DNA from: Escherichia coli | GTDB lineage: Bacteria; Pseudomonadota; Gammaproteobacteria; Enterobacterales; Enterobacteriaceae | Strand: one strand, 5' to 3' | Assembly (NCBI RefSeq): GCF_050920415.1 | Contig: NZ_CP169309.1 | Length of the DNA: 64,000 nucleotides | Part shown: positions 21,135 through 31,105 of the stretch, piece by piece | Layout of the letters: every line of letters starts with the position of its first letter | Numbering within the stretch: position 1 is the stretch's first letter | Translations under genes and position numbers: made by a program | Notes under the pieces: model-generated | The model's input: only the letters and a program-made list of their open reading frames with translations | Database searches by the model: none | Told to the model about the DNA's origin: nothing

Positions 21135-21691
21135 TGACGGGAAAACTGATTTGGTTAATGGGGGCCTCTGGCTCCGGAAAAGACAGTCTGTTGACGGAAC
21201 TCCGCCAGCGGGAACAAACTCAGCTACTGGTAGCGCATCGCTACATCACGCGCGCCGCCAGCGCCGGAAGTGAAAACCATATCGCCCTGAGCGAGCAGGA
21301 GTTTTTTACCCGCGCGGGGCAGAACCTTCTGGCCTTAAGCTGGCACGCCAACGGCCTGTATTATGGCATCGGCGTCGAGATTGACCTCTGGCTGCACGCT
21401 GGATTTGACGTGGTGGTCAACGGCTCACGCGCCCATCTACCGCAGGCGCGGGCGCGCTATCAATCGGCGCTGCTGCCCGTTTGTTTACAGGTTTCGCCAG
21501 AGATCCTGCGCCAGCGCCTGGAAAACCGTGGTCGTGAAAATGCCAGTGAAATTAACGCCCGGCTGGCGCGCGCTGCCCGCTATACTCCTCAGGATTGTCT
21601 TACGCTCAATAATGACGGCAGCCTGCGCCAGTCGGTCGACAAGCTGCTGACGCTGATTGATCTGAAGGAGAAACACCATGCCTGCTTGTGA
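21134..21691 (+). CDS. phnN: Ribose 1,5-bisphosphate phosphokinase PhnN
   Basis: 185 aa; P-loop [12 protein letters not shown]; guanylate-kinase-like. Confidence 0.9.
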
Positions 21692-22112
21692 GCTTCGCCC
21701 GGCTACGCAGTACGACACCGACGCAGTTTACGCGCTGATTTGTGAGCTAAAACAGGCGGAGTTTGACCACCACGCGTTTCGCGTGGGCTTTAACGCCAAT
21801 CTGCGCGACCCGAACATGCGCTACCATCTGGCGCTGCTGGATGGCGAAGTTGTCGGCATGATCGGCCTGCATTTGCAGTTTCATCTGCATCATGTCAACT
21901 GGATCGGCGAAATTCAGGAACTGGTGGTGATGCCGCAGGCGCGCGGTCTGAACGTCGGCAGTAAATTACTGGCATGGGCCGAAGAAGAAGCCCGCCAGGC
22001 CGGGGCCGAAATGACCGAGCTTTCCACCAACGTCAAGCGCCACGACGCGCACCGTTTCTATCTGCGCGAAGGCTACGAGCAGAGCCACTTCCGCTTCACC
22101 AAGGCGCTGTAA
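21678..22112 (+). CDS. phnO: Aminoalkylphosphonate N-acetyltransferase PhnO (GNAT)
   Basis: 144 aa; GNAT-like acetyl-CoA region; overlaps phnN by 14 nt. Confidence 0.88.
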
Positions 22113-22113
22113 C

Positions 22114-22872
22114 ATGAGCCTGACCCTCACACTTACTGGCACTGGCGGCGCACAGGGTGTTCCCGCATGGGGCTGTGAGTGCGCGGCCTGCGCCAGAGCG
22201 CGGCGCTCACCGCAGTATCGCCGCCAGCCATGCAGCGGCGTCGTGAAGTTTAACGACGCGATCACCCTGATCGACGCCGGGCTGCACGATCTCGCCGATC
22301 GCTGGTCGCCCGGATCGTTCCAGCAGTTTTTGCTGACGCACTACCATATGGATCACGTGCAGGGGCTGTTTCCGCTGCGCTGGGGCGTGGGCGATTCGAT
22401 CCCGGTCTACGGCCCGCCGGATGAACAGGGCTGCGACGATCTGTTTAAACATCCGGGCCTGCTTGATTTCAGCCACACGGTGGAGCCATTTGTGGTGTTT
22501 GATTTGCAGGGATTGCAGGTGACGCCGCTACCGCTTAACCATTCGAAACTCACTTTCGGCTATTTACTGGAAACGGCGCACAATCGGGTGGCGTGGCTGT
22601 CTGACACCGCGGGCCTGCCAGAAAACACGCTGAAATTTTTACTCAATAATCATCCGCAGGTGATGGTGATTGATTGCAGCCATCCGCCGCGCGAGGATGT
22701 GCCGCGTAATCACTGCGATTTAAACACCGTGCTGGCGCTGAATGAGATTATCCGTTCACCGCGCGTGATTCTGACGCACATCAGCCACCAGTTTGATGCG
22801 TGGCTGATGGAAAATACGCTGCCATCGGGGGTTGAGGCGGGGTTTGATGGGATGGAGATTGGGGTGGAGTGA
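22114..22872 (+). CDS. phnP: Phosphoribosyl cyclic phosphodiesterase PhnP (metallo-beta-lactamase fold)
   Basis: 252 aa; HxHxDH motif ([11 protein letters not shown]). Confidence 0.9.
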   Translation: MSLTLTLTGTGGAQGVPAWGCECAACARARRSPQYRRQPCSGVVKFNDAITLIDAGLHDLADRWSPGSFQQFLLTHYHMDHVQGLFPLRWGVGDSIPVYGPPDEQGCDDLFKHPGLLDFSHTVEPFVVFDLQGLQVTPLPLNHSKLTFGYLLETAHNRVAWLSDTAGLPENTLKFLLNNHPQVMVIDCSHPPREDVPRNHCDLNTVLALNEIIRSPRVILTHISHQFDAWLMENTLPSGVEAGFDGMEIGVE

Positions 22873-22906
22873 TGGGTGAGGGGCGATGCCTGCTCTAGAC
22901 TCAACA

Positions 22907-23236
22907 TCACCGCCCATACTCATCTTCCATTCTCCGCTCTTCATCTTCTAGCTGCCGACGCTCCTGATCCAGCTGGCGCTGGCGATCGTCCAGCTGCTTG
23001 CGGCGATCTTCAAACTGGCGGCGGCGATCGTCATATTGTCTGCGCCGATCGTCGTTCACTTCACGCTGCCAGCCGTCGTCGCGCGAATCTTCATAGTCTC
23101 GCCCACGGTCAGGGTTATAAGCATCGTTAATCGCCTGCTGAATATTGCCAATGGTGTCGTCGATAATATCGGCCTGGGCCGGAACGGTGGACAGCGTGAG
23201 CAGGGTGAATAAAATAAATAGCGGAAAACGTTTCAT
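22907..23236 (-). CDS. yjdP: Small secreted protein YjdP with a highly charged D/E/R/Q repeat region
   Basis: 109 aa; signal peptide MKRFPLFILFTLLTLSTVPAQA followed by DDRRRQYDDRRRQFEDRRKQLDDRQRQLDQERRQLEDEERR. Confidence 0.75.
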   Translation of the reverse strand: MKRFPLFILFTLLTLSTVPAQADIIDDTIGNIQQAINDAYNPDRGRDYEDSRDDGWQREVNDDRRRQYDDRRRQFEDRRKQLDDRQRQLDQERRQLEDEERRMEDEYGR

Positions 23237-23304
23237 TAGCCAACCTCAAAAAGAAACTCTATCCACATTAGTCATTACTCATCCATGCAAGTAGTGGATG
23301 AATC

Positions 23305-23622
23305 TCAATTTTTCCGCTGCTCTATTGCCGTAATCGCCTCCACGCGTTGTTGATGACGACCGCCTTCGTACTGCGCGCCCAGCCACGCATCCACAATCAT
23401 TTTTGCCAGTTCGAGGCCAACCACTCGTGAACCAAAAGCCAGTGCAACTTCACTGGCGTAATGCGGATAATCAGTGCGCTCTGACGACCTGGTTTCTTTA
23501 TCAATCCCCTCACTCATTGACTATGAATAAAAGGCTGGCACAGCAACGCAGAATCCTGCGGTGCCAGCGACATGACCGCCCATTGCTCCGGTACGTTTTT
23601 TAATAAGAAACACCGGTTGCAT
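23305..23622 (-). pseudogene. rpiB: Remnant of ribose-5-phosphate isomerase B (internally deleted, 5' region degenerate)
   Basis: 70-aa ORF MSEGIDKETRSSERTDYPHYASEVALAFGSRVVGLELAKMIVDAWLGAQYEGGRHQQRVEAITAIEQRKN matches the RpiB N-proximal segment (WSSERTDYPHYASQVALA) and C-terminus as recalled, but lacks the central part with the catalytic Cys; an in-frame stop lies 2 codons upstream. Confidence 0.55.
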
Positions 23623-23874
23623 TGATTAATTGTGCTCAGTATTTGCCGAAGTACAATATATATAATAAATATATAAAACACCTCATATTATTTACAGAGA
23701 TAATGAATTCGCGTACTTTTCCCTCTTCAGCACAAATGCCTAATAAAATGGCTCGTTCCGCTCACACTTCCACTTATTAAAGTCGCAAATTCCCAATTAT
23801 GATAACGCCAGCTTTAAATGACGTATTTTGCATGGATTACATATTTACGACATAAATGATAAATGGAGATTTAT

Positions 23875-25860
23875 ATGAATAACTCTCGGTTATTCCGTTT
23901 GAGCAGGATTGTTATTGCGTTAACTGCCGCCAGCGGCATGATGGTAAATACCGCTCACGCAACAGATGAAGCGAAAGCCGCGACTCAATATACCCAGCAG
24001 GTTAATCAGCATTACGCAAAATCATTACCGTTTAGCGATCGTCAGGACTTTGACGATGCCCAGCGCGGATTTATCGCCCCGCTGCTGGATGAAGGTATTC
24101 TGCGCGATGCGAATGGCAAAGTTTACTACCGCGCGGATGATTACAAATTTGATATTAATGCCGCTGCGCCGGAAACCGTAAACCCCAGCCTGTGGCGTCA
24201 GTCGCAGATCAACGGCATTTCTGGCCTGTTCAAAGTCACCGATAAAATGTATCAGGTACGCGGCCAGGATATCTCTAACATTACATTCGTTGAGGGCGAG
24301 AAAGGCATTATTGTTATCGACCCACTGGTAACGCCGCCTGCCGCAAAAGCCGCACTTGACCTTTACTTCCAGCATCGTCCGCAAAAACCGATTGTTGCTG
24401 TGATTTACACCCACAGCCACGCCGACCATTATGGCGGTGTGAAAGGCATTATCTCTGAAGCGGATGTTAAATCTGGCAAAGTGCAAGTGATCGCTCCGGC
24501 AGGCTTTATGGACGAAGCCATCAGCGAAAACGTGCTGGCGGGTAACATCATGAGCCGCCGTGCGCTCTACTCTTACGGTCTGTTACTGCCGCATAACGCG
24601 CAAGGCAACGTGGGCAACGGCCTGGGCGTGACGCTGGCAACGGGCGACCCGAGCATTATTGCGCCAACCAAAACGATTGTCAGAACTGGCGAGAAGATGA
24701 TTATCGACGGCCTGGAATTTGACTTCCTGATGACTCCGGGTAGCGAAGCGCCAGCCGAAATGCACTTCTATATTCCGGCCCTGAAAGCCCTGTGTACCGC
24801 CGAAAACGCCACGCATACCCTGCACAACTTCTACACCCTGCGCGGCGCGAAAACCCGCGATACCAGCAAGTGGACAGAGTATCTGAACGAAACGCTGGAT
24901 ATGTGGGGTAACGACGCGGAAGTACTGTTTATGCCACACACCTGGCCGGTCTGGGGCAATAAGCATATCAATGATTATATTGGTAAATATCGCGATACTA
25001 TCAAATACATTCACGACCAGACCCTGCACCTGGCGAACCAGGGTTACACCATGAATGAAATTGGCGACATGATTAAGCTGCCACCTGCGCTTGCCAATAA
25101 CTGGGCCAGCCGCGGCTATTACGGTTCTGTCAGCCACAACGCCCGCGCGGTGTATAACTTCTATCTTGGCTATTACGACGGTAACCCGGCTAACCTGCAT
25201 CCGTATGGTCAGGTGGAGATGGGTAAACGTTACGTGCAAGCTCTGGGCGGTTCTGCCCGCGTTATTAACCTGGCGAAAGAAGCGAACAAGCAAGGTGATT
25301 ATCGCTGGTCGGCAGAACTGCTGAAACAGGTGATTGCCGCCAACCCGGGTGACCAGGTCGCGAAGAATCTGCAAGCGAATAACTTTGAACAGCTGGGCTA
25401 TCAGGCCGAGTCCGCCACCTGGCGCGGTTTCTACCTGACCGGCGCAAAAGAGCTGCGCGAAGGGGTGCATAAGTTCAGCCACGGCACCACCGGTTCTCCG
25501 GACACCATTCGCGGGATGTCGGTCGAAATGCTGTTCGACTTTATGGCCGTTCGCCTCGATAGCGCGAAAGCCGCAGGTAAGAATATCAGCCTGAACTTCA
25601 ATATGAGCAACGGCGATAACCTCAACCTGACGCTGAACGATAGCGTGCTTAACTACCGTAAAACGCTGCAACCTGAAGCCAACGCCTCTTTCTACATCAG
25701 CCGTGAAGATCTTCACGCCGTGCTGACCGGACAAGCCAAAATGGCGGATCTGGTAAAAGCGAAGAAAGCCAAAATTATTGGCAATGGCGCGAAACTGGAA
25801 GAAATTATTGCCTGTCTGGATAATTTCGATTTGTGGGTGAATATCGTAACCCCAAATTAA
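23875..25860 (+). CDS. yjcS: Putative alkyl/aryl sulfatase (metallo-beta-lactamase fold, SdsA1-like)
   Basis: 661 aa from [29 protein letters not shown] (signal peptide); HSHADH motif ([11 protein letters not shown]); RBS-supported second ATG chosen. Confidence 0.88.
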   Translation: MNNSRLFRLSRIVIALTAASGMMVNTAHATDEAKAATQYTQQVNQHYAKSLPFSDRQDFDDAQRGFIAPLLDEGILRDANGKVYYRADDYKFDINAAAPETVNPSLWRQSQINGISGLFKVTDKMYQVRGQDISNITFVEGEKGIIVIDPLVTPPAAKAALDLYFQHRPQKPIVAVIYTHSHADHYGGVKGIISEADVKSGKVQVIAPAGFMDEAISENVLAGNIMSRRALYSYGLLLPHNAQGNVGNGLGVTLATGDPSIIAPTKTIVRTGEKMIIDGLEFDFLMTPGSEAPAEMHFYIPALKALCTAENATHTLHNFYTLRGAKTRDTSKWTEYLNETLDMWGNDAEVLFMPHTWPVWGNKHINDYIGKYRDTIKYIHDQTLHLANQGYTMNEIGDMIKLPPALANNWASRGYYGSVSHNARAVYNFYLGYYDGNPANLHPYGQVEMGKRYVQALGGSARVINLAKEANKQGDYRWSAELLKQVIAANPGDQVAKNLQANNFEQLGYQAESATWRGFYLTGAKELREGVHKFSHGTTGSPDTIRGMSVEMLFDFMAVRLDSAKAAGKNISLNFNMSNGDNLNLTLNDSVLNYRKTLQPEANASFYISREDLHAVLTGQAKMADLVKAKKAKIIGNGAKLEEIIACLDNFDLWVNIVTPN

Positions 25861-25867
25861 TGCCACT

Positions 25868-25905
25868 CACTTTTGGGGGCGCTTAAGCCCCCAAAAGTAT
25901 TTATT
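25868..25905 (+). terminator. Intrinsic terminator after yjcS
   Basis: cttttgggggcgcttaagcccccaaaag hairpin followed by tatttatttt. Confidence 0.65.
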
Positions 25906-26068
25906 TTAAAAATACATACAACCAATTAATACATAAAATATATAAGTTATGAATGCGGTGGCTGAATAAAGCTATTTTTATTCATCGAGAAAATAGCCAT
26001 ACTGACGCCTTCAATGGATATTGATATTCACTACAGATATTGTTCGCAGCAGACAGGATGTATTTAAT

Positions 26069-26344
26069 ATGCCAACAGTTCTCTCTCGCATGGCGATGCA
26101 ACTCAAAAACACAGCCTGGATAATTCCCGTCTCCATGGTTTCGGGATGCTCATTATCTCCGGCAATCCCGGTGATCGGCGCTTATTATCCCAGCTGGTTT
26201 TTCTGCGCCATTGCCAGCCTTATTTTGACGCTCATCACGAGGCGAATTATTCAGCGGGCAAATATCAATCTGGCATTTGTCGGAATTATTTATACCGCCC
26301 TTTTTGCTCTCTACGCCATGCTGTTCTGGCTGGCATTTTTCTAA
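26069..26344 (+). CDS. ytcA: Small lipoprotein/membrane protein YtcA
   Basis: 91 aa from MPTVLSRMAMQLKNTAWIIPVSMVSGCSLSP (lipobox-like SGCS) plus a hydrophobic C-terminal segment; immediately upstream of mdtN. Confidence 0.75.
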   Translation: MPTVLSRMAMQLKNTAWIIPVSMVSGCSLSPAIPVIGAYYPSWFFCAIASLILTLITRRIIQRANINLAFVGIIYTALFALYAMLFWLAFF

Positions 26345-26362
26345 TCTATTTGAGACGCGCTC

Positions 26363-27394
26363 ATGGAAAGTACGCCGAAAAAAGCTCCTCGCAGTAAATT
26401 CCCTGCTCTGTTAGTGGTTGCGTTGGCGCTGGTTGCCCTTGTTTTCGTTATCTGGCGCGTAGACAGTGCGCCATCAACTAATGACGCCTACGCGTCAGCA
26501 GATACCATTGATGTGGTGCCGGAAGTCAGCGGTCGCATTGTAGAACTGGCGGTCACCGACAACCAGGCGGTGAAACAGGGCGATTTGCTGTTCCGCATCG
26601 ACCCGCGCCCGTACGAAGCCAATCTGGCGAAAGCCGAAGCCTCCCTCGCGGCGCTGGATAAGCAAATTATGCTCACCCAGCGTAGCGTTGACGCACAACA
26701 GTTTGGTGCCGACTCGGTTAATGCCACGGTAGAAAAAGCCCGTGCCGCCGCGAAACAGGCCAGTGATACATTACGCCGCACCGAGCCATTACTGAAAGAA
26801 GGTTTCGTCTCAGCGGAAGACGTTGACCGTGCAAGAACGGCGCAGCGCGCCGCAGAAGCCGATCTTAACGCCGTATTGTTGCAGGCGCAGTCAGCCGCCA
26901 GCGCCGTCAGCGGCGTGGATGCGCTGGTGGCGCAACGTGCGGCAGTGGAAGCGGATATTGCGTTGACGAAACTGCATCTGGAAATGGCGACCGTTCGCGC
27001 GCCGTTTGATGGCCGGGTCATTTCCCTCAAAACCTCCGTCGGGCAATTTGCTTCTGCCATGCGCCCTATTTTCACCCTAATCGACACCCGTCACTGGTAC
27101 GTGATCGCCAACTTCCGCGAAACCGATCTGAAAAATATTCGCTCGGGTACACCCGCAACGATTCGCCTGATGAGCGACAGCGGCAAAACCTTCGCAGGTA
27201 AAGTGGATTCGATTGGCTACGGCGTGCTACCGGATGACGGCGGCCTGGTGCTGGGCGGCCTGCCGAAAGTGTCTCGTTCTATTAACTGGGTCCGCGTTGC
27301 CCAGCGTTTTCCGGTCAAAATCATGGTTGAAAAACCTGACCCGGAAATGTTCCGCATCGGCGCTTCGGCAGTCGCTAATCTTGAGCCGCAATAA
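26363..27394 (+). CDS. mdtN: Membrane fusion protein of a putative efflux system (HlyD/EmrA-like)
   Basis: 343 aa; N-terminal TM helix, coiled-coil middle region, beta-barrel C-terminus. Confidence 0.88.
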   Translation: MESTPKKAPRSKFPALLVVALALVALVFVIWRVDSAPSTNDAYASADTIDVVPEVSGRIVELAVTDNQAVKQGDLLFRIDPRPYEANLAKAEASLAALDKQIMLTQRSVDAQQFGADSVNATVEKARAAAKQASDTLRRTEPLLKEGFVSAEDVDRARTAQRAAEADLNAVLLQAQSAASAVSGVDALVAQRAAVEADIALTKLHLEMATVRAPFDGRVISLKTSVGQFASAMRPIFTLIDTRHWYVIANFRETDLKNIRSGTPATIRLMSDSGKTFAGKVDSIGYGVLPDDGGLVLGGLPKVSRSINWVRVAQRFPVKIMVEKPDPEMFRIGASAVANLEPQ

Positions 27395-29445
27395 TGAGCG
27401 CGCTCAACTCCCTGCCATTACCGGTGGTCAGGCTGCTGGCGTTCTTTCATGAAGAGTTAAGCGAGCGGCGACCAGGCCGCGTGCCGCAGACTATGCAACT
27501 CTGGGTAGGCTGCTTGCTGGTGATTCTGATCTCGATGACTTTTGAGATCCCTTTTGTGGCGTTATCACTGGCAGTGCTGTTTTACGGTATTCAGTCGAAC
27601 GCGTTTTACACCAAATTTGTCGCGATCTTGTTTGTGGTCGCCACGATGCTGGAAATCGCCAGCCTGTTTTTGATCTACAAATGGTCATATGGCGAACCGT
27701 TGATCCGATTGATCATTGCCGGACCGATCCTGATGGGCTGTATGTTTTTGATGCGCACCCATCGGTTGGGGCTGGTTTTTTTCGCCGTCGCCATTGTCGC
27801 CATTTACGGGCAAACATTCCCCGCCATGCTCGACTATCCGGAAGTGGTCGTGCGCTTAACGCTGTGGTGTATCGTTGTCGGCCTCTACCCGACGTTATTG
27901 ATGACGTTAATCGGCGTGCTGTGGTTTCCCAGCCGCGCTATCACGCAGATGCATCAGGTGCTTAATGATCGGCTTGATGATGCCATTAGCCACCTGACGG
28001 ACAGCCTCGCACCGCTACCCGAAACGCGGATTGAAAGAGAGGCGCTGGCGCTGCAAAAACTCAATGTCTTTTGCCTCGCGGACGATGCCAACTGGCGAAC
28101 TCAGAGCGCATGGTGGCAAAGCTGCGTGGCAACGGTAACCTACATTTACTCGACGCTGAATCGCTACGATCCCACCTCTTTTGCTGATTCTCAGGCAATT
28201 ATTGAATTTCGGCAAAAATTAGCCTCAGAAATCAACAAACTGCAGCATGCCATTGCCGAAGGTCAGTGCTGGCAAAGCGACTGGCGGATCACTGAAAGTG
28301 AAGCGATGGCGGCACGGGAATGTAACCTGGAGAATATCTGCCAGACATTGTTGCAACTGGGTCAGATGGACCCGAATACACCGCCAACGCCCGCCGCCAA
28401 ACCGCCATCAATGGTCGCCGATGCTTTTACCAATCCAGACTATATGCGCTACGCGGTAAAAACGCTGCTCGCCTGTTTGATCTGTTACACCTTCTACAGC
28501 GGCGTGGACTGGGAAGGCATTCACACCTGTATGCTGACCTGCGTGATCGTCGCTAACCCCAATGTCGGTTCGTCGTACCAGAAGATGGTGTTGCGTTTTG
28601 GCGGGGCTTTTTGCGGCGCAATTCTGGCGCTGTTATTCACGCTACTGGTCATGCCCTGGCTGGACAATATTGTCGAATTGCTATTTGTGCTGGCACCGAT
28701 TTTCCTGTTGGGCGCATGGATTGCCACCAGCTCTGAACGCTCTTCTTATATCGGCACACAGATGGTGGTCACCTTCGCGCTCGCCACGCTCGAAAACGTT
28801 TTTGGCCCGGTGTACGACCTGGTGGAAATTCGCGATCGCGCCCTGGGTATCATCATTGGTACCGTGGTGTCCGCGGTGATTTACACCTTTGTCTGGCCTG
28901 AAAGTGAAGCGCGCACACTGCCGCAAAAACTGGCTGGCGCGCTGGGTATGTTGAGTAAAGTAATGCGGATCCCACGCCAGCAGGAAGTCACGGCTCTGCG
29001 CACTTATCTGCAAATTCGTATAGGTCTGCATGCGGCGTTTAATGCCTGTGAACAGATGTGCCAACGCGTGGCGCTGGAGCGTCAACTGGACAGCGAAGAA
29101 CGCGCTTTACTGATTGAACGTTCGCAAACGGTTATTCGTCAGGGCCGCGATATTCTTCACGCCTGGGATGCAACCTGGAACTCGGCGCAGGCGCTGGATA
29201 ACGCACTACAGCCGGACAGAGCAGGCCTGTTTGCCGACGCACTGGAGAAATACGCCGCCGGCCTGGCAAGCGCACTCAGCCGTTCTCCTCAAATTACACT
29301 TGAAGAGACACCCGCCTCGCAGGCCATCCTGCCGACCTTATTAAAACAGGAGCAATACGTCTGCCAGCTTTTTGCCCGCTTGCCAGACTGGACTGCCCCG
29401 GCATTAACGCCCGCCACGGAACAGGCACAAGGAGCCACGCAATGA
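27394..29445 (+). CDS. mdtO: Inner-membrane efflux component (FUSC/aromatic acid exporter family)
   Basis: 683 aa; multiple TM segments in both halves; start overlaps the mdtN stop by 1 nt. Confidence 0.88.
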   Translation: MSALNSLPLPVVRLLAFFHEELSERRPGRVPQTMQLWVGCLLVILISMTFEIPFVALSLAVLFYGIQSNAFYTKFVAILFVVATMLEIASLFLIYKWSYGEPLIRLIIAGPILMGCMFLMRTHRLGLVFFAVAIVAIYGQTFPAMLDYPEVVVRLTLWCIVVGLYPTLLMTLIGVLWFPSRAITQMHQVLNDRLDDAISHLTDSLAPLPETRIEREALALQKLNVFCLADDANWRTQSAWWQSCVATVTYIYSTLNRYDPTSFADSQAIIEFRQKLASEINKLQHAIAEGQCWQSDWRITESEAMAARECNLENICQTLLQLGQMDPNTPPTPAAKPPSMVADAFTNPDYMRYAVKTLLACLICYTFYSGVDWEGIHTCMLTCVIVANPNVGSSYQKMVLRFGGAFCGAILALLFTLLVMPWLDNIVELLFVLAPIFLLGAWIATSSERSSYIGTQMVVTFALATLENVFGPVYDLVEIRDRALGIIIGTVVSAVIYTFVWPESEARTLPQKLAGALGMLSKVMRIPRQQEVTALRTYLQIRIGLHAAFNACEQMCQRVALERQLDSEERALLIERSQTVIRQGRDILHAWDATWNSAQALDNALQPDRAGLFADALEKYAAGLASALSRSPQITLEETPASQAILPTLLKQEQYVCQLFARLPDWTAPALTPATEQAQGATQ

Positions 29446-30908
29446 TCAATCGTCAACTTTCACGCCTGCTGTTATGCAGCATTCTCGGCAGCACGACGCT
29501 GATTTCGGGCTGTGCCCTGGTACGTAAGGATTCTGCCCCGCATCAACAGCTCAAACCGGAACAAATCAAACTGGCCGATGATTTTCATCTCGCCAGCTCC
29601 GGCTGGCCACAGGCGCAGTGGTGGAAACAACTCAATGATCCGCAGTTGGATGCGCTGATCCAACGGACGCTAAGTGGTTCACATACCCTCGCCGAAGCGA
29701 AACTGCGGGAAGAAAAAGCGCAGTCGCAGGCGGATTTGTTAGATGCCGGTTCACAATTACAGGTGGCAGCGTTAGGGATGCTAAACCGCCAACGTGTCTC
29801 GACGAACGGCTTTTTAAGCCCTTATGCTATGGATGCGCCAGCACTGGGTATGGACGGGCCGTACTATACGGAAGCCACAGTCGGTTTGTTTGCCGGACTG
29901 GATCTTGATTTGTGGGGTGTGCATCGCTCAGCGGTTGCCGCCGCCATTGGCGCGCATAATGCAGCGCTGGCAGAAACCGCAGCAGTAGAGCTATCGCTGA
30001 CCACGGGCGTAGCGCAGCTTTATTACAGTATGCAGGCCAGCTATCAGATGCTCGATCTGTTAGAACAAACACGCGATGTGATTGATTACGCGGTGAAAGC
30101 GCACCAGAGTAAAGTGGCGCACGGTCTGGAAGCGCAAGTGCCTTTCCACGGCGCGCGGGCACAGATTCTGGCGGTCGATAAACAAATTGCTGCCGTTAAA
30201 GGGCAAATCACCGAAACGCGAGAATCTCTGCGTGCATTGATTGGCGCAGGAGCCAGCGATATGCCGGAGATCAAACCGGTGGCATTACCGCAAGTCCAGA
30301 CCGGCATTCCAGCGACACTCTCTTATGAGTTGCTCGCCAGACGCCCGGATCTGCAAGCCATGCGCTGGTATGTTCAGGCGTCATTAGATCAGGTGGATTC
30401 CGCGCGGGCGCTGTTCTATCCGAGCTTTGATATCAAAGCGTTTTTCGGCCTGGATTCTATCCACCTGGATACCTTATTCAAAAAAACCAGTCGCCAGTTC
30501 AACTTTATCCCAGGTCTGAAATTGCCGCTGTTTGACGGTGGACGGTTGAATGCCAATCTCGAAGGCACTCGCGCCGCCAGCAACATGATGATTGAACGTT
30601 ACAACCAGTCAGTGCTAAATGCGGTGCGCGACGTTGCAGTCAACGGCACGCGTCTGCAAACGCTCAACGACGAGCGGGAGATGCAGGCAGAACGCGTAGA
30701 AGCAACGCGCTTCACCCAGCGCGCTGCCGACGCCGCCTACCAACGCGGCTTAACCAGTCGCTTACAGGCCACCGAAGCCCAGTTGCCGGTGCTTGCCGAA
30801 GAGATGTCATTACTGATGCTGGACAGCCGCCGGGTGATCCAAAGCATTCAGTTGATGAAATCGCTGGGTGGCGGGTATCAGGCGGCTCCCGTCGTCGAGA
30901 AAAAATAA
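29442..30908 (+). CDS. mdtP: Outer-membrane efflux lipoprotein (OprM/NodT-like)
   Basis: 488 aa; lipoprotein signal (LISGCAL); overlaps the mdtO stop (ATGA). Confidence 0.88.
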   Translation: MINRQLSRLLLCSILGSTTLISGCALVRKDSAPHQQLKPEQIKLADDFHLASSGWPQAQWWKQLNDPQLDALIQRTLSGSHTLAEAKLREEKAQSQADLLDAGSQLQVAALGMLNRQRVSTNGFLSPYAMDAPALGMDGPYYTEATVGLFAGLDLDLWGVHRSAVAAAIGAHNAALAETAAVELSLTTGVAQLYYSMQASYQMLDLLEQTRDVIDYAVKAHQSKVAHGLEAQVPFHGARAQILAVDKQIAAVKGQITETRESLRALIGAGASDMPEIKPVALPQVQTGIPATLSYELLARRPDLQAMRWYVQASLDQVDSARALFYPSFDIKAFFGLDSIHLDTLFKKTSRQFNFIPGLKLPLFDGGRLNANLEGTRAASNMMIERYNQSVLNAVRDVAVNGTRLQTLNDEREMQAERVEATRFTQRAADAAYQRGLTSRLQATEAQLPVLAEEMSLLMLDSRRVIQSIQLMKSLGGGYQAAPVVEKK

Positions 30909-30919
30909 AATGTCAGCCG

Positions 30920-30975
30920 CGTGATGGCTGTCACGCGGTATTTCGTTTCGTCACGTCAAAACTGACGACAGCCTG
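30920..30975. promoter_or_regulatory. Candidate FhlA upstream activating region for fdhF
   Basis: Cluster of gtcacg / cgtcacgtc / ctgacgac / cgtcag repeats about 100 bp upstream of the sigma54 promoter; placement by analogy with the known fdhF UAS. Confidence 0.4.
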
Positions 30976-31037
30976 TTTTTCGTCAGAGTTTTGAATAAAT
31001 AGTGCCCGTAATATCAGGGAATGCCCCCAAATAAAAT

Positions 31038-31054
31038 GTGGCATAAAAGATGCA
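31038..31054 (+). promoter_or_regulatory. Sigma54 (-24/-12) promoter of fdhF
   Basis: tGGcataaaagatGCa: GG and GC spaced exactly as in the TGGCAC-N5-TTGCA consensus, about 50 bp upstream of the fdhF ATG. Confidence 0.65.
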
Positions 31055-31105
31055 TACTGTAGTCGAGAGCGCGTATGCGTGATTTGATTAACTGGAGCGA
31101 GACCG

